From NCBI GenBank assembly GCA_035471625.1, contig DATIPT010000037.1:9559-73558 (forward strand): a stretch of 64,000 bases of DNA, written 5' to 3'. The position numbers and the translations under genes were made by a program. Source of the stretch: Anaerolineales bacterium (lineage in GTDB: Bacteria; Chloroflexota; Anaerolineae; Anaerolineales; E44-bin32). Positions 9,320 to 18,570 of the stretch are shown here, one piece after another. Numbering within the stretch: the stretch's first letter is position 1; each line of letters starts with the position of its first letter. Below the pieces are notes generated by a model that was given only the letters and a program-made list of their open reading frames with translations, was not told the DNA's origin and ran no database searches.

Positions 9320-11359
9320 CTACTCGCCCGGCGTCAGGCTGTAGCGGTAGATCGCTGGCTGCCAGGTCCGACGGGCCGTCCCGGTGATGACCAGGATAGC
9401 TTCATCCGTGGCGCCCCCGACTCTCAGCGGGGCCGTCAGACGTCCTTCGGCATCGGGCGTCAGGTAGGTGACCTTCGTTTCGTCTCCCCGCTCGACCAGG
9501 GCCGCCCGATACGTTTGGGGAACCAGGTTGTACAGGCGCACGAACCCGGCGGCCTCCCAGCCCCCGTCCCCCGACTCGAAATCCTCCCCGTAGCCGATGG
9601 CGTCGATGCGGATGTCGTCCACCATCAACCCTTCGCCGTTGACGGCGGCGTCGGTCACGTACTCGAACCGGACGAGGATTTCCTTGCCGGCGAAGGCGGA
9701 TAGATCGACTCGTTCCTGGATCCACTCCGGTTCCTCCCCACCGCCACTCCGCGCGTTCCAACCCCAGCCATACGAGTTGCCGGAGGGATCCTCAGCGGTG
9801 CCGCTCGGGGTCTCGAGAATCGACCAGGTCTGACCGCCGTCGTCCGAGACAACGAGGTAGGCATAGTCCCAGCCCTCTTCGAGGTCGTACCACAACCAGT
9901 ATTCCAGGGCGACGGGGCCGGTCACGTCGCTCAGGTCGAAGGTGCGAGTCAGGGTCATGTTGGAGTCATCCCCCCGATTCGACCAAAAGGCATAGTCGCC
10001 CGACTTCGCCCCCTCGGGAAGGATCGTGACGAGCGGTGTGCCCTCGACGGCAATCCGGTAGTCCCCGGGACATGTGATCCGAATGTAGTCGACTCCAAAC
10101 TGGCCCACGCTCCGCGTCTCATCGGTGACCGGACAATCTTGTACGGTCTCGGCATAGGCCGGCCTAGGCGCCGTCGGATAGGAAACGTATGCGAAGCGAC
10201 CATCGGCGACATCCGGATCCTGGATCAAGAGCGCCAAGGCCCAATCGAGGAAGACGTCGTCCGCCGATAGGCCCGCGCCGGTGTCGGGATGGATGGCGCC
10301 CAGTTCAGTCAGGGTCTGGTCGATCGAATCGAAGCCGTTGGCAGCATGCGCAACGAGCGACTGGGTCGCTTCCGGCCCAAAACGGTCCAGGAAGTACGTC
10401 AGAATGAGGAAGGCCTGGCCATAATGACCCGACGAGTCCTCGTTGCCACCGGGCCAGTTGGAGAGGGTCTGGTCCGGCCGGTCGGCGTACACATAGTCGT
10501 GACCGCCTACGTCGAATCCATTGAGGTGCTCGGAGACCATCGAGAAGCCCTCATTGAGCCAGATGTCCTCATTCCGGTCGAGGATCCAATGGATCATGTG
10601 CTGGAACTCGTGCGCTAGGGTCGCCGCCGTGTACTCGCGGCCCAAGTCCGTGTTGTCGGCATTGAGGTAGAACATCTCATGCCCGTTCGAGTACTCTCGT
10701 GCCAGCGACGAGTACTCATCCCCGGGCGAGTAGTACCCTGCGACCGTGCTACCCAATCCGCCCGCCAACAGGATGTAGAGGTGGGGGTCGCCGTCTACCC
10801 CGGGTGACCACTCGCTGCCGAAGAACTCGCGGTTGGTGGGGTACGCCCCGGCCTCAAACTCGTCGACGAGCTGCTTCAGTTCGCCGAAATCGTAGTCCAC
10901 GCCCCGCTCGATCCAGAAGTACACGTGGTCCGTGGCGTAAGCGAGCTCGGCGTCGACCTGGAAGTTCGTTGGACCGTCGTTGTTGGTTGCCCAGAATCGT
11001 TCCACGGTCCCCAGCGGGATCGGCGCGGCGCTCTCGGCCAGGACCCGCGGAATCCCTTGCTTCCCCTCCAGCCGTTCAGCCAGGTCGATCGGGTCCGACA
11101 CTGGGACGATCACCGATCGAAGGGCGAATTCCATCGCTTCAGCCTCGGGGGGAACGTCGCGAGCACCCCAAGACGAATCGGGTACCTCGGGCGTCGGGGC
11201 CAGGGTTGGGATGAGGGGCGGCGCCGTGGCGAACCCACCGTCGGCCGCCATCCAGATCGAAGCCCCTGTCCCGATGACGACCACACACAGGCAGCACAGC
11301 AGTCCGAGAAGGACCGCCGCGGCGACCCACCAGATGGTTCGGTCTGTCTTGGATTCCAT
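9320..11359 (-). CDS. Secreted or membrane-anchored zinc metalloprotease (HExxH...E, possibly M30/hyicolysin-like)
   Basis: N-terminal TM/signal anchor. Motif TLAHEFQHMIHW followed by WLNEGFS (gluzincin third ligand), then a large beta-rich C-terminal region. The family name is from memory and tentative. Confidence 0.6.
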   Translation of the reverse strand: MESKTDRTIWWVAAAVLLGLLCCLCVVVIGTGASIWMAADGGFATAPPLIPTLAPTPEVPDSSWGARDVPPEAEAMEFALRSVIVPVSDPIDLAERLEGKQGIPRVLAESAAPIPLGTVERFWATNNDGPTNFQVDAELAYATDHVYFWIERGVDYDFGELKQLVDEFEAGAYPTNREFFGSEWSPGVDGDPHLYILLAGGLGSTVAGYYSPGDEYSSLAREYSNGHEMFYLNADNTDLGREYTAATLAHEFQHMIHWILDRNEDIWLNEGFSMVSEHLNGFDVGGHDYVYADRPDQTLSNWPGGNEDSSGHYGQAFLILTYFLDRFGPEATQSLVAHAANGFDSIDQTLTELGAIHPDTGAGLSADDVFLDWALALLIQDPDVADGRFAYVSYPTAPRPAYAETVQDCPVTDETRSVGQFGVDYIRITCPGDYRIAVEGTPLVTILPEGAKSGDYAFWSNRGDDSNMTLTRTFDLSDVTGPVALEYWLWYDLEEGWDYAYLVVSDDGGQTWSILETPSGTAEDPSGNSYGWGWNARSGGGEEPEWIQERVDLSAFAGKEILVRFEYVTDAAVNGEGLMVDDIRIDAIGYGEDFESGDGGWEAAGFVRLYNLVPQTYRAALVERGDETKVTYLTPDAEGRLTAPLRVGGATDEAILVITGTARRTWQPAIYRYSLTPGE

Positions 11360-11385
11360 GACTCTCCCAGGATCGAATTGGGCGA

Positions 11386-12795
11386 TTATATCCGGCGACG
11401 GCGGACCGGCGTCGCATCGTCCGGGGCGGCCGTCGGCAACTGGACCGAGAAGCGGCTCCCCCTCCCCGGCTCGCTTTCGGCGAGGATCCGGCCCCCGTGG
11501 GCCTCGACGATCTCACGCGAAATCGCCAACCCAAGCCCCGTGCCCCGCCCCTCACCGCCGGCGCGGGCCTTGTCGACTTGGTAGAAGCGCTCGAAGATCC
11601 GGCTCAGCTCCTCGGAGGCGATCCCCGGGCCGGCATCCTCCACTGTGACGTTGATCCAGATCCCCTGAAGGAACCCGCGCACCACGACCTTCGCGTCGGG
11701 AGGACTGTGGCGGATGGCGTTGTCCATCAGGTTCGTGAAAACCTGGGCCAACCGATCGCCATCGCCAATGACGCTGGGGAGGGGCGGGACCTCCATCTCG
11801 AGTCGGACTCGGCGCTCCGCGGCGGGCAGGCTCAACCGTTCGACGACCGCCTTCACAACCCCTCCCAGGTCGACCGGTTCCCGCGCCAGGACAACTTGCC
11901 CCGCATCCAGACGAGCCAGGTCGAGCAGATCCTCCACCAGGTGGCGAAGCCGATCCGACTCCTCGAAGATCACGGTCCCGGCGCGTCGGACCCCCGCTTC
12001 ATCCCCGGCCGCCCCATCCCGGATCGCCTGCGCGAACCCTTGGATTGAGGTGAGCGGGGTCTTGAGCTCGTGCGAAACGTTGGCGACGAAGTCCCTCTGG
12101 GACTGCTGCCCAGCTCGGACACGGTCGACCATCTCGCCGAAGGCGGCCCCAAGTTCCGCGACTTCGGACGGGCCCTGCACCTTCGTCGGAGCGACGTAGT
12201 CTCCGTCCGCCACCGAACGGGAAGCCCGGGCGAGGTCCTGGAGAGGGCGGGCGACCCAGCGGGCGATCATCCATGCCAGGACGATCGATACCACCAGGGC
12301 CACCACTCCGGCACGCACGAAGGGCCTCCCGAGATCCTCCCCCAGCAGTGTCGCCAGCCGTACTCGCGGCTTGGGCAGGATCAGAATCAGCGTCCGGCCG
12401 TCTTCGAAGGCCGTGATCGTGTACAGGAGATCGGCGTTGCCCTGCTCGAACTCGCCGCGCCCCGGCGCCCCGCTGAGCACGTCTGGCGGAGGGACGGGAT
12501 CTTCGGGAGCGCTGTCGACGACGATCACACCGGCCGATTCGACGAGAATCATCCTCCCCTGGGCAAGCTCGAGACCGCCAAGCGTCTGCCGCAGGCGGCC
12601 GGCGCCTTGTCCGAACACCCCGCGCGTCTCGCGCTGGGCGAGCACTCGAGAAACCAGGTCCATTCTCCGGTAGGCGTCCTGCACCGCGACCGGGTTGCCC
12701 GCCAGAAAGACCGCCAGGCTGGTGGCGAGCAGCGCGAGCACCAGCCCGGCGACGAGCAGGTAGGTCAGCAGGAGACGGGATTGCAGGGACCGCAT
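11386..12795 (-). CDS. Sensor histidine kinase (2 TM, HAMP, HisKA, HATPase_c)
   Basis: H-box FVANVSHELKTPLTSIQGF. N/G boxes NLMDNAIRHS and GTGLGLAISREIV. Confidence 0.9.
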   Translation of the reverse strand: MRSLQSRLLLTYLLVAGLVLALLATSLAVFLAGNPVAVQDAYRRMDLVSRVLAQRETRGVFGQGAGRLRQTLGGLELAQGRMILVESAGVIVVDSAPEDPVPPPDVLSGAPGRGEFEQGNADLLYTITAFEDGRTLILILPKPRVRLATLLGEDLGRPFVRAGVVALVVSIVLAWMIARWVARPLQDLARASRSVADGDYVAPTKVQGPSEVAELGAAFGEMVDRVRAGQQSQRDFVANVSHELKTPLTSIQGFAQAIRDGAAGDEAGVRRAGTVIFEESDRLRHLVEDLLDLARLDAGQVVLAREPVDLGGVVKAVVERLSLPAAERRVRLEMEVPPLPSVIGDGDRLAQVFTNLMDNAIRHSPPDAKVVVRGFLQGIWINVTVEDAGPGIASEELSRIFERFYQVDKARAGGEGRGTGLGLAISREIVEAHGGRILAESEPGRGSRFSVQLPTAAPDDATPVRRRRI

Positions 12796-12799
12796 GGGA

Positions 12800-13480
12800 C
12801 TACGTCACGAGTTTGTAGCCAACGCCGGTGACGGTCTCGATCCGCACGGCCTGACTGCCTTCGAGCCGCTTGCGCACGTGGGCGACGTGAACGTCGACTG
12901 TCCGGGTTTGCCCGTAGAAGTCGTATCCCCAGACCAGGTTGAGGAGTTGCTCCCTGGTCAGGACGAGACCTCGATGCTCCGCCAGCGTCCGGAGGAGGTC
13001 GAACTCCTTGGCGCGCATCCCCACCGGTTCCTCGGCGACGCGGACTTCCCGCCGGCCTGGGTCGATGACGACATCGCCCACCCGGATCGGAGCCGACCCC
13101 GACGGTACCGGCCGATCGGCGCGCCGCAAGATCGCTTTCACCCGGGCCACCAGTTCCCGCGGGTTGAACGGCTTCGTCATGTAGTCGTCGGCTCCCAGCT
13201 CGAGGCCAACGATCTTGTCGACGTCGTCATCGCGGGCGGTCAGCATCAGGATCGGGACCTCGGAGTCGGCCCGGATCCGACGACAGACCTCCCATCCGTC
13301 CACCTCGGGGAGCATCAAGTCCAGGACGATCAGCGATGGAGAGGATCGGGCGGTCTGTTCGAGGGCCGACCGTCCGTCGCCGGCCGCCTCGACGTTGAAG
13401 CCTTCCCGCTCGAGGTAGAGCCGCGCCAAGTCGATGATGTGGGTTTCATCGTCGACGACGAGGATCCGCTCGCCCGCCAT
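12800..13480 (-). CDS. OmpR-family response regulator
   Basis: MAGERILVVDDE...LDLMLP receiver domain plus a winged-helix C-terminus (VDVHVAHVRKRL..GVGYKL). ATG 13480 is chosen because the longer track ORF would overlap ridA. Confidence 0.9.
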   Translation of the reverse strand: MAGERILVVDDETHIIDLARLYLEREGFNVEAAGDGRSALEQTARSSPSLIVLDLMLPEVDGWEVCRRIRADSEVPILMLTARDDDVDKIVGLELGADDYMTKPFNPRELVARVKAILRRADRPVPSGSAPIRVGDVVIDPGRREVRVAEEPVGMRAKEFDLLRTLAEHRGLVLTREQLLNLVWGYDFYGQTRTVDVHVAHVRKRLEGSQAVRIETVTGVGYKLVT

Positions 13481-13487
13481 ATCGCCG

Positions 13488-13901
13488 TCAGTCGCCGTGA
13501 GCCTCGGGGACAATGGCCACGGCTTCGATCTCAACCGCCGCGCCGCCGGGCAGGGCTGCGACCTGAATCGTCGACCTGGCCGGTGGATCGGTGACGAAGA
13601 AGGTCGCGTACGCGGCGTTCATGACGGCAAACTGGCCCAGGTCCGTCAAGAACACCGTCGTCTTGATGACGTTCGCGAGCGAAGTTCCACCTGCCCGAAG
13701 TGTGTTGCCGAGGTTCGTGAGAGCCTGACGCGTCTCAGCCTCGACCCCGCCCGGAACGAGCTTTCCCGTCGCCGGATCGTTTCCGATTGTGCCGGAGCAG
13801 AAGACCCAGCGGCCCGTGCGAACGCCATGCGAGTAGGGGCCAAGGGGTTTGGGCGCGTTCTGAGGCAGGAGCACTTCCCGTCGACTTGAGTCCATGGGCA
13901 T
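13488..13901 (-). CDS. ridA: RidA/YjgF-family reactive-intermediate deaminase
   Basis: PLGPYSHGV...VFCSGTIG...IKTTVFLTDL...PARSTIQVAALP..AAVEIEAVA. Confidence 0.85.
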   Translation of the reverse strand: MPMDSSRREVLLPQNAPKPLGPYSHGVRTGRWVFCSGTIGNDPATGKLVPGGVEAETRQALTNLGNTLRAGGTSLANVIKTTVFLTDLGQFAVMNAAYATFFVTDPPARSTIQVAALPGGAAVEIEAVAIVPEAHGD

Positions 13902-13949
13902 CCTCCGTGGCCGCCAGGGCGATTGTACAGCCCGAGCAGCCGTCAGCGA

Positions 13950-16445
13950 TCAGGCTCCGCTACCAGGTGTCGACGACACGACGATGTTGACCAGCTTCCC
14001 CGGCACGTACACGACCTGGCGGGGAGTCTTGCCGCCGAGGTGCTTGCGAACGGTTTCGGAGGCCAGGGCCTGTCGTTCGGCTTCCGCCCGGTCGACATCG
14101 GCCGGGACGGAGATCCGGTCACGCACTTTCCCATTCACCTGGACGACGAGGATGATCTCGTCTTCGGCGAGGGCGGCCGGATCGAAGGTCGGCCAGGACT
14201 GCTGATGGATCGAGTACGGCTTCCCAAGCCGGGCCCACAGTTCTTCGGCCACATGCGGGGTCGCTGGAGCCATCAGCAACAGTAGGACTTCGACCGCTTT
14301 CCTGAACTCCGGCGAGCCCGCCAGGCCGGACGACCGCGCTTCGGCCAAGGCATTGGTGAGCTCCATGAGGCCCGAGATGACCGTGTTGAATTCGAAGGCC
14401 TCCAAATCGTTCGTGGCCTGGCGGATGATGCGATGCACGTGGCGCCGGAGGGCGCGTTCCCCGGCCGGATCCGACGCTCGCTCCTGCCCGGCCGTCTCCA
14501 ACGCCAGCGACCACACCCGGTGGAGCCAGCGCACCACCCCCTGGATGTTGTCGTCGCTCCACGGCCCGCCTTCCGCCCAGCGGTAGCCGAACATCAGGTA
14601 GGCCCGGACGACGTCGGCGCCATAGCTGCTCACCTGCTCGTCGGGGTCGATCACGTTGCCGCGCGACTTGCTCATGCGCTGTCCGTCGGGCCCCAGGATC
14701 TGGCCCTGGTTGCGCAGCTGGAGCATCGGCTCGTTGCCCTCCGTGATTCCCATGTCGCGCAGGGCCTTGTGGAAGAACCGCGTGTAGATCAGATGCATCG
14801 TGGCGTGTTCGATCCCGCCGGTGTAGGTGTCGACCGGCATCCAGTAGTCGTACTCCTCCGGGTCGAACGGCGCTTCGGCGTTGCGCGGACTCAGGTAGCG
14901 CAAGTGGTACCACGACGAACACATGAAGGTGTCCATCGTGTCGGTATCGCGTTCGGCCGGCTTGTTGCATATCGGGCAGGTGGTGTGGCGCCACGTCGGA
15001 TGTAGCTTGAGCGGCGACTCACCGGTCGGACGCCACTCGACGTCGTCGGGCAGCAGGACGGGCAGCTGATCCTCGGGCACCGGAACCTGCCCATGCTCTG
15101 GGCAGTAGACGATCGGGATCGGAGCCCCCCAGTAGCGCTGTCGCGAGATCAACCAGTCACGCAGGCGATAGCCCACGGCGGCCTCCCCGACGCCGCGTTG
15201 TTCCAGGTACTCCGTGGTGCGGGCGACGGCGCGGTCGGCCGTCGTCCCGCTCAACGGACCGGAGTTGACCATCGCACCATACGACGGGACGGCCTCCCTC
15301 ATGGCGGCGCCGTCCAATGCCTCGGTACCCTCAGGCCGGATCACCGGACGGACCTCCAGACCGAACCTGCGGGCAAACTCGAAGTCGCGCTGGTCGTGAG
15401 CCGGCACAGCCATGATCGCGCCGGTGCCGTAGCTAAGCAGCACGTAGTCGGCAATCCAGACCGGGATCCGCTCTTCGTTGACCGGGTTGACGGCATAGCC
15501 GCCGGTGAAGACCCCGGTCTTCTCCTTGTCGGCGGCTTCGCGCTGGATATCCGACTGGCGCAGCGTCTGCTGCACGTAGGCCTCCACGGCGGCCGCCTGT
15601 TCCGGGGTGGTCAGCGACTGGACCAGCGGATGCTCGGGCGCCAGCACCATGAAGGTCGCGCCCCACAGCGTGTCGGGGCGGGTGGTGAAGACTTCGATCG
15701 GATCCCCCGCCTCCGTGCGGAAGCGGACATTGGCGCCCTGACTGCGTCCGATCCAATTTGTCTGCAGCACCCGCACCGATTCCGGCCAGTCGATATCATC
15801 GAAGCGGAGAAGTTCGTCGGCGTATTGGGTGATGCGGAAGAACCACTGCTCCAGGTCTTTCTTGATCACCGGAGTCTTGCATCGCTCGCAGACACGCTCC
15901 TCGCCGATCACCTGCTCGCGCGCCAGGGTGGTGTTGTCCTTGGGGCACCAGTCCACCGGCGCCATCTTCTTGTAGGCCAGGCCGTTTTCGAACATCTTGA
16001 GGAAGAACCACTGGGTCCAGCGGTAGTAGGCCGGGTCGGCCGAAATCGCCTCGCGTTCCCAGTCCCACATGGCTCCCATCGTACGCAGCTGGCGGCGCAT
16101 GTTCTCGACGTTGCGATAGGTCCAGTCCTTGGGATGGATACCGCGCTCAATCGCGGCGTTCTCCGCCGGCAGGCCAAAAGCATCGAAGCCGATGGGGAAG
16201 GTGACGTTGAACCCGCGCATGCGGAGATAGCGGGCGCGGGCGTCCGACGGCCCCATGGCGAACCAGTGGCCGATGTGCAGGTCGCCGGAGGTGTAGGGGA
16301 GCATCGTCAGGAAGTAGAACTTGGGTCTGGCCTGGTCGACGCGGGCGCTGTAGAGTTGGTCCGCCTCCCAGCGGGCCTGCCAGCGCGGTTCGATCTCGGC
16401 CGGGTCGTAGCGGTCGATCCTCGCCCTATCCTTTGCCTTCGCCAT
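13950..16445 (-). CDS. leuS: Leucine--tRNA ligase
   Basis: YFLTMLPYTSGDLHIGH (HIGH) and QRMSKSRGN (KMSKS), with a LeuRS-specific CP1 domain and C-terminus. ATG 16445 is preceded by the SD GGAGG. The track's 49-codon extension runs into the T-box leader. Confidence 0.93.
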   Translation of the reverse strand: MAKAKDRARIDRYDPAEIEPRWQARWEADQLYSARVDQARPKFYFLTMLPYTSGDLHIGHWFAMGPSDARARYLRMRGFNVTFPIGFDAFGLPAENAAIERGIHPKDWTYRNVENMRRQLRTMGAMWDWEREAISADPAYYRWTQWFFLKMFENGLAYKKMAPVDWCPKDNTTLAREQVIGEERVCERCKTPVIKKDLEQWFFRITQYADELLRFDDIDWPESVRVLQTNWIGRSQGANVRFRTEAGDPIEVFTTRPDTLWGATFMVLAPEHPLVQSLTTPEQAAAVEAYVQQTLRQSDIQREAADKEKTGVFTGGYAVNPVNEERIPVWIADYVLLSYGTGAIMAVPAHDQRDFEFARRFGLEVRPVIRPEGTEALDGAAMREAVPSYGAMVNSGPLSGTTADRAVARTTEYLEQRGVGEAAVGYRLRDWLISRQRYWGAPIPIVYCPEHGQVPVPEDQLPVLLPDDVEWRPTGESPLKLHPTWRHTTCPICNKPAERDTDTMDTFMCSSWYHLRYLSPRNAEAPFDPEEYDYWMPVDTYTGGIEHATMHLIYTRFFHKALRDMGITEGNEPMLQLRNQGQILGPDGQRMSKSRGNVIDPDEQVSSYGADVVRAYLMFGYRWAEGGPWSDDNIQGVVRWLHRVWSLALETAGQERASDPAGERALRRHVHRIIRQATNDLEAFEFNTVISGLMELTNALAEARSSGLAGSPEFRKAVEVLLLLMAPATPHVAEELWARLGKPYSIHQQSWPTFDPAALAEDEIILVVQVNGKVRDRISVPADVDRAEAERQALASETVRKHLGGKTPRQVVYVPGKLVNIVVSSTPGSGA

Positions 16446-16479
16446 TTCGCCTCCTACGGCGGATCGTCGTCCGCCGGCC

Positions 16480-16792
16480 AACACAAAGCCCCTCCGCCAT
16501 ACAGGGACGGAGGGGCCTCCGTGGTACCACCCTGCTTTCCCCTGCACCGGACCGGTTCTCAATACAACTCGATCCGCGCGCCGGGCTCGCATCCGCGCTA
16601 CCGGGCGGACCCGCCGCCGGCTAGTTCTCGTCTCACCGGCGGAGCCTGTCCTGCTTCAGGGCTGGCAGAACGGCAGGCGAGTTCGGCCTTCGACGGATGC
16701 GCAGGTCAGATCTTGCCCGTCTGGTGCTCGGCAGGCACCTTGCCGGGCTTGCACGGTCCCCGGCTCGCTGGCGATCGGCCTACTGCTCCTGC
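16480..16792 (-). promoter_or_regulatory. T-box riboswitch leader (Leu, specifier CUG) controlling leuS
   Basis: The minus strand shows a Stem I base GCAGG...CCUGC with AGCAGUA on the 5' side. The 3' side reads AAGAU-CUG-A (specifier CUG at 16707-16709), matching the glyQS layout AAGAA-GGC-A. The T-box core AGGGUGGUACCACGG lies at 16519-16533. The terminator stem GCCCCUCCG/CGGAGGGGC (16488-16516) is followed by UUUGUGUU. Confidence 0.85.
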
Positions 16793-16879
16793 CTTGGCCT
16801 GATTGGCCTTCGGCTTTCGACTTTCCGCACTTGCCCATCTTGGCTGACTGCCGAAAGAAGGATGCCGACGGCTCGTGAT

Positions 16880-16955
16880 TGGTGGACCCAGTGGGATTCG
16901 AACCCACGACCTTCTCAATGCCATTGAGACGCGCTCCCAACTGCGCTATGGGCCC
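16880..16955 (-). tRNA. tRNA-Ala (anticodon GGC), CCA encoded
   Basis: The cloverleaf folds by hand: acceptor GGGCCCA/UGGGUCC with the G3:U70 Ala identity pair, anticodon loop AUGGCAU and T-loop GGGUUCGAAUCCC. Confidence 0.9.
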
Positions 16956-16973
16956 AATGGATGCAAGCGATTG

Positions 16974-16979
16974 AGTATA
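16974..16979 (-). promoter_or_regulatory. -10 box (TATACT) for tRNA-Ala(GGC)
   Basis: The minus strand reads GCGGTATACT, followed by 18 nt and then the tRNA 5' end. Confidence 0.45.
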
Positions 16980-17021
16980 CCGCGCCGGGCGCGACCCGAC
17001 AAGACACGCCTCGTCGGTACG

Positions 17022-17051
17022 CTGCGGGCGGGCCCGCAGGCCCGCCCGCAG
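17022..17051 (-). terminator. GC-rich hairpin downstream of the TM-helix-repeat gene
   Basis: A 13-bp perfect stem CTGCGGGCGGGCC/GGCCCGCCCGCAG with a 4-nt loop. There is no clear U tract. Confidence 0.5.
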
Positions 17052-17082
17052 ATCGAACCAAAAGTCGGGTTCGGGACCGGGT

Positions 17083-18570
17083 TCAGGACCTCCGACGCAT
17101 CGACGCCAGCCAACGTTCGATCTCCTTGGCGGCGATGTCTCGGCCCCCCAGCCCGAAGGCCAGCGCAGCGGCGACCGCGATCGCCCCGAGGACGATCCCG
17201 AACGCCAGGTTGACGATGTCCTCGGCGATACCCAGCTGGCGGAGCGCCAGCGAGCCGCCGAAGACGATGATCGCGACCCGGGCCGCGGGCGCCAGGACGC
17301 CGGCCTGCGAACCGCCGGTGCTCCGGATCACCCGGTCGGCCAGCGAAGCCAGATACAGCGCGATCCCGAAGATGATCAGGGCGACCAGGACCTGTCCGGC
17401 CAGTCCGAGGAACTCGGCTGCCAGAGTCGCCAGGATGGTGAACCCGACCATTTCCGCGGCCTGAACGACCGCCAGGATCATGACCGCGACGGTCGTCAGG
17501 TACCCGACGATCTGGGACGGCGTTTGCGTGACCCCGCTGATCGTCGGTTCCAGTCCGATCCAGCTCAAGACTTTGTCGAAGCCGATCCCCGTCAGGGCAC
17601 TGGTGACAAAGTTGCCGACCACCCGCGCCACCGCATAGGCAATCCCCAGGAGCACGAACGCGCCGAAGATCGCCGGGATGGCGGTGAAGACGACGGTCAG
17701 CATCTCGGAGATCGGCGCCGTGATGGCCTCGATCGCCAGGGCGTTCAAGGCTGCTGTGACCACCGGGATCAAAGCCAGGACGTAGACGATCGTCCCGATG
17801 ACGGTCGACAGCTTCACGCCGCCCAGACCGGTCGAAAGACCGATGCTGTCGCCGAACCGATCGACCCCCGTCCCGGCCAACAGATTGACCAGGATCTGGC
17901 GGACGATCCGGGCGGCGATCCAGCCGAAGAGCAGGATCAGGGCCGCCGCGAGCAGGTTCGGCAGGTAGCCCAGGATCTGGTTGACCATCCCCTCGACGGG
18001 TCCAAGCAGACCCTGCAGGTTCAGGGCGCCGAGGATGGCCGGCAAGAAGAGGACGAACACCAGCCAGTAGGCGACATTGCCCAAGGTGGTCCCCAGCGGG
18101 GCTCGCGCCGTATCGAGTTCGGCCTGTGAAGTCAAACGTTCTTCCAGACGGGTCGCCGAGAGGAGGCGCGTGATGATGAACCGCACGGCACTGGCGATGA
18201 TCCAAGCGATCACCAGCAGGACCACGGCTCCGAGAAGGACTGGCAGGAACCCCAGAATCTGGTCGAGCATGGTGTTGATCGGGGAGGCGGCTTCGGCGAG
18301 GTTGAGCGTCTGCAGGAACGCGACCAGAACAAAGAGCATGATGAGCCAGAAGACCGCGGTGCCGATCCACGCCGTCATGCGCAAGGGGGGACCATCCCCG
18401 AGTGCGCCGTAGAGGCGCTCGTCCAGACGTGCCCGTCGCAAGACCGCGCGGACGATCGCCGAAATGATCCATGCGATCAGCCAGCCGCCGATCAGGATCC
18501 CGATGGCCGCCAGGGCGGTCAGAACCGATCCGCCGAGGCTCGCCACCAACTCTTGAAGGACTTGATCCAT
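17083..18570 (-). CDS. Membrane protein with conserved TM-helix repeats (mechanosensitive-channel-related family)
   Basis: Repeated segments of the type ..L..I..A..IL..GW..A.....V.. occur throughout. ATG 18570 is preceded by the SD GGGAGGAAGAAGC. The alternative-frame 562-aa ORF was rejected. Confidence 0.6.
   Translation of the reverse strand: MDQVLQELVASLGGSVLTALAAIGILIGGWLIAWIISAIVRAVLRRARLDERLYGALGDGPPLRMTAWIGTAVFWLIMLFVLVAFLQTLNLAEAASPINTMLDQILGFLPVLLGAVVLLVIAWIIASAVRFIITRLLSATRLEERLTSQAELDTARAPLGTTLGNVAYWLVFVLFLPAILGALNLQGLLGPVEGMVNQILGYLPNLLAAALILLFGWIAARIVRQILVNLLAGTGVDRFGDSIGLSTGLGGVKLSTVIGTIVYVLALIPVVTAALNALAIEAITAPISEMLTVVFTAIPAIFGAFVLLGIAYAVARVVGNFVTSALTGIGFDKVLSWIGLEPTISGVTQTPSQIVGYLTTVAVMILAVVQAAEMVGFTILATLAAEFLGLAGQVLVALIIFGIALYLASLADRVIRSTGGSQAGVLAPAARVAIIVFGGSLALRQLGIAEDIVNLAFGIVLGAIAVAAALAFGLGGRDIAAKEIERWLASMRRRS

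Noticed and set aside
15093-16802. 569-aa plus-strand ORF antisense to leuS
   Set aside because: It lies opposite a well-supported leuS and runs through the T-box leader. Its composition is low-complexity and Arg/Gly/Pro-rich.
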